Below, piece after piece: positions 61,940 through 64,000 of a stretch of DNA of 64,000 bases (the first letter of the stretch is position 1; each line of letters begins with the position of its first letter). Made by a program: the position numbers and the translations under genes. This DNA is from Strigamia acuminata. Its lineage: Eukaryota. The DNA is taken from positions 4,898,001-4,962,000 of the forward strand of contig OX442314.1 of assembly GCA_949358305.1 (NCBI GenBank), read 5' to 3'. The notes below the pieces were generated by a model. That model saw only the letters and a list, made by a program, of their open reading frames with translations, was not told the DNA's origin and did no database searches.

Positions 61940-62600
61940 AATATCGATGTTTTTACGGAAGAATTTCGATATTTTTTTTATGAATATCGATGCTTTATGT
62001 GGGATATTGATAATTCTCGATTAGTATTGACATTTCTTGTGTTCAATATCGATATTTCTTGTTGTTTTGAATACTGATATTTTCTGTTGTTTTGAATATC
62101 GATATTTCCTGTTGTTTTGAATATCGATATTTCCTGTTGTTTTGAATATCGATATTTCCTGTTGTTTTGAATATCGATATTTCCTGTTGTTTTGAATATC
62201 GATATTTCCAGTTGTTTTGAATATCGATATTTTCTGTTGTTTTGGCTATCGATATTTCCTGTTGTTTTGAATATCGATGTTTTAGATGAATATCGATATC
62301 TTTTCACAGACGAATATCGATATCTTTTCACAGACGAATATCGATATCTTTTCACAGACGAATATCGATATCTTTTCACAGACGAATATCGATATCTTTT
62401 TACAGACGAATATCGATATTTTTCAGATATATATCGATATATTTCAAATGAATATTGATATTTTCACAGATAAATATCGATATTTTCACAGATAAATATC
62501 GATATTTTTATAGATGAATATGAATATCGATATTTTTACAGATGAACATGAATATCGATATTTTTACAGATGAATATGAATGAAGATATTTTCACTAATA
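61940..62600. repeat. 24-25-bp AATATCGATAT-core minisatellites
   Basis: GAATATCGATATTTCCTGTTGTTTT units, then GACGAATATCGATATCTTTTCACA units. Confidence 0.9.
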
Positions 62601-63199
62601 AAAATCGATATTTTTTTTAACACCGAAAAAAATCGATTTTTTTTTTTTAGAATATCAAAAACATCAACATTTTTTATTGAGTATCCATATTTTCACCGAT
62701 AATCATTAGACAAATATCGATTTTTCGACCGATAAATATCGATATTTCTCCCAAAATGTCCACATTTTCTAAACAAAATATCGACAAAAGTCAAATATTC
62801 CCAACTCCACCATCCCATCCATCTATCCCACATCGATTCATCTCTCCTTCCATCCCCTTTTCCAACAAACGACAACTTTCGCCGCTCCATCGAAAATAAT
62901 CTCCGCAAGTCTCTTCCTCCACACATCTAATCAAATCCATTCCACTTCCGATGAATGCTCCAAAGGAAGTGTGGCGGCGGACCCCTTCGGCCATCTCAAG
63001 CCGCCCACGCGCCACACTAATGACACCACTCACCTTTAACCATCCCGATAGGGACGCCATTATCGACCGCTCGCGCATGCGCCCCTCCGATAACACCGCG
63101 CCGCGGGAGACAGAAAACCTCGCACAAACCCCGTCGTAAAATCGCGCCTGCGCACATCCTCCGCCACCTGTGAATAAATGCATGAAGCAGCGGGGGACA

Positions 63200-63481
63200 C
63201 CGACCAATGGTCAGCGATGGTCACTCGATGACCCCCCACATTACTGAACAGAGGGGGACGTTTGTTGACCCCCCCCCCCGCATTGCTGATCAATAATCAG
63301 TGAGACGGAGATGCTCGATGACCCCCCCCCGCGTTGCTGACCAATGGTCAAGGGAGATGTGGGTGGCTAAGAATATTCGGGAACATTCGTTGACCAATGG
63401 TCAGCGATGGGAAGACGCTCGATGACCCCCGCGTTGCTGACCAATGGTCAAGGGGGATGTGGGGGGGCTAAGAATATTCGA
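63200..63481. repeat. Degenerate ~100-bp duplications (GACCAATGGTCA...GATGACCCCC)
   Basis: CGCGTTGCTGACCAATGGTCAAGGG...GCTAAGAATATTCG occurs twice, and GACCAATGGTCAGCGATGG occurs twice. Confidence 0.75.
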
Positions 63482-64000
63482 TTATTGTAGAAAGTCACCT
63501 GCCGTGGAGTGTCCGGTGACCCGCGTTCGGGGGGTCGTTGGAAGACGTTTTGGTGGACGCAGGAGTGGATAATTGGTTATTGCAGCGGGGAATTGAGTTT
63601 GGTAGAATTTTAGTGATTTGTTGGTGTCGGACGGGGGATTCGGGCGGAGGATTCGGGCGGGGAAGCGGCAAGTGGAGTCGGGGGACGTTGGATGTGGGTT
63701 AACGATGCGGAGTTTAGAATGCAGTGTCATTGATGATGATGGAGGAGTTGAGGGAGTTGTTTGGGATGGGGATGGGGATGGGTTTGGGCCATTGTTGGGT
63801 TGCTGGATGGGAAATCGAGTTAGATTGGATGGGATATCGAATGATTGATGGATTTTTTTTAGTTTTTAGGTTGTTTTTTTTTTTAATTTATAAAAAAGAA
63901 TAATTGGTTTATTGAGTGGATCTGGAATTTGCTGGATTTGATGCCGATTTGGCTGTTTTTCAGCTGTTTTGCTGTATTTATAGCTGATTTACAAGATTTT

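Noticed and set aside
2624..62495. Many periodic ORFs (2624, 6196-6919, 15073, 18442, 24430-25605, 46978, 50709, 51592, 56346, 60769, 61978)
   Set aside because: Translations of minisatellites, open in several frames and on both strands.
1..64000. tRNA, rRNA or snRNA genes
   Set aside because: None recognised; the only tRNA-related sequence is the PBS.

Overview
Eukaryotic, invertebrate-like genomic DNA: AT-rich, dense in minisatellites, with spliced genes. The dominant feature is a complete, apparently very young 13,516-bp Ty3/Gypsy LTR retrotransposon on the minus strand (30485-44000). It has two 996-bp LTRs with no differences I could see, an AATT target-site duplication, a tRNA-Pro-like PBS, a PPT, an unusually long Gag, and a Pol joined to it by a -1 frameshift signal. 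It also carries a large third ORF (~955-986 aa) that does not look like Env and appears to be a two-exon gene. Just upstream of ORF3 are three conserved bulged-A hairpins, and downstream is a seven-hairpin structure in the LTR. Together these are the best candidate for an undescribed system: a 'complex' retrotransposon with a regulatory protein and cis-acting RNA elements. That functional reading is inference. The only clear host gene is a B4GAT1-like (GT49) glycosyltransferase on the plus strand with three coding exons (47707-59192, 430 aa). The rest is minisatellites, several MITEs (Tc1/mariner-like, pogo-like, piggyBac-like, and one with an 8-bp TSD), a candidate solo LTR, arrays of CTCF/YY1/ETS-like motifs, and a recurring strand-skew flip. 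Most short ORFs in the track are repeat-derived or antisense shadows. All comparisons were made by eye.
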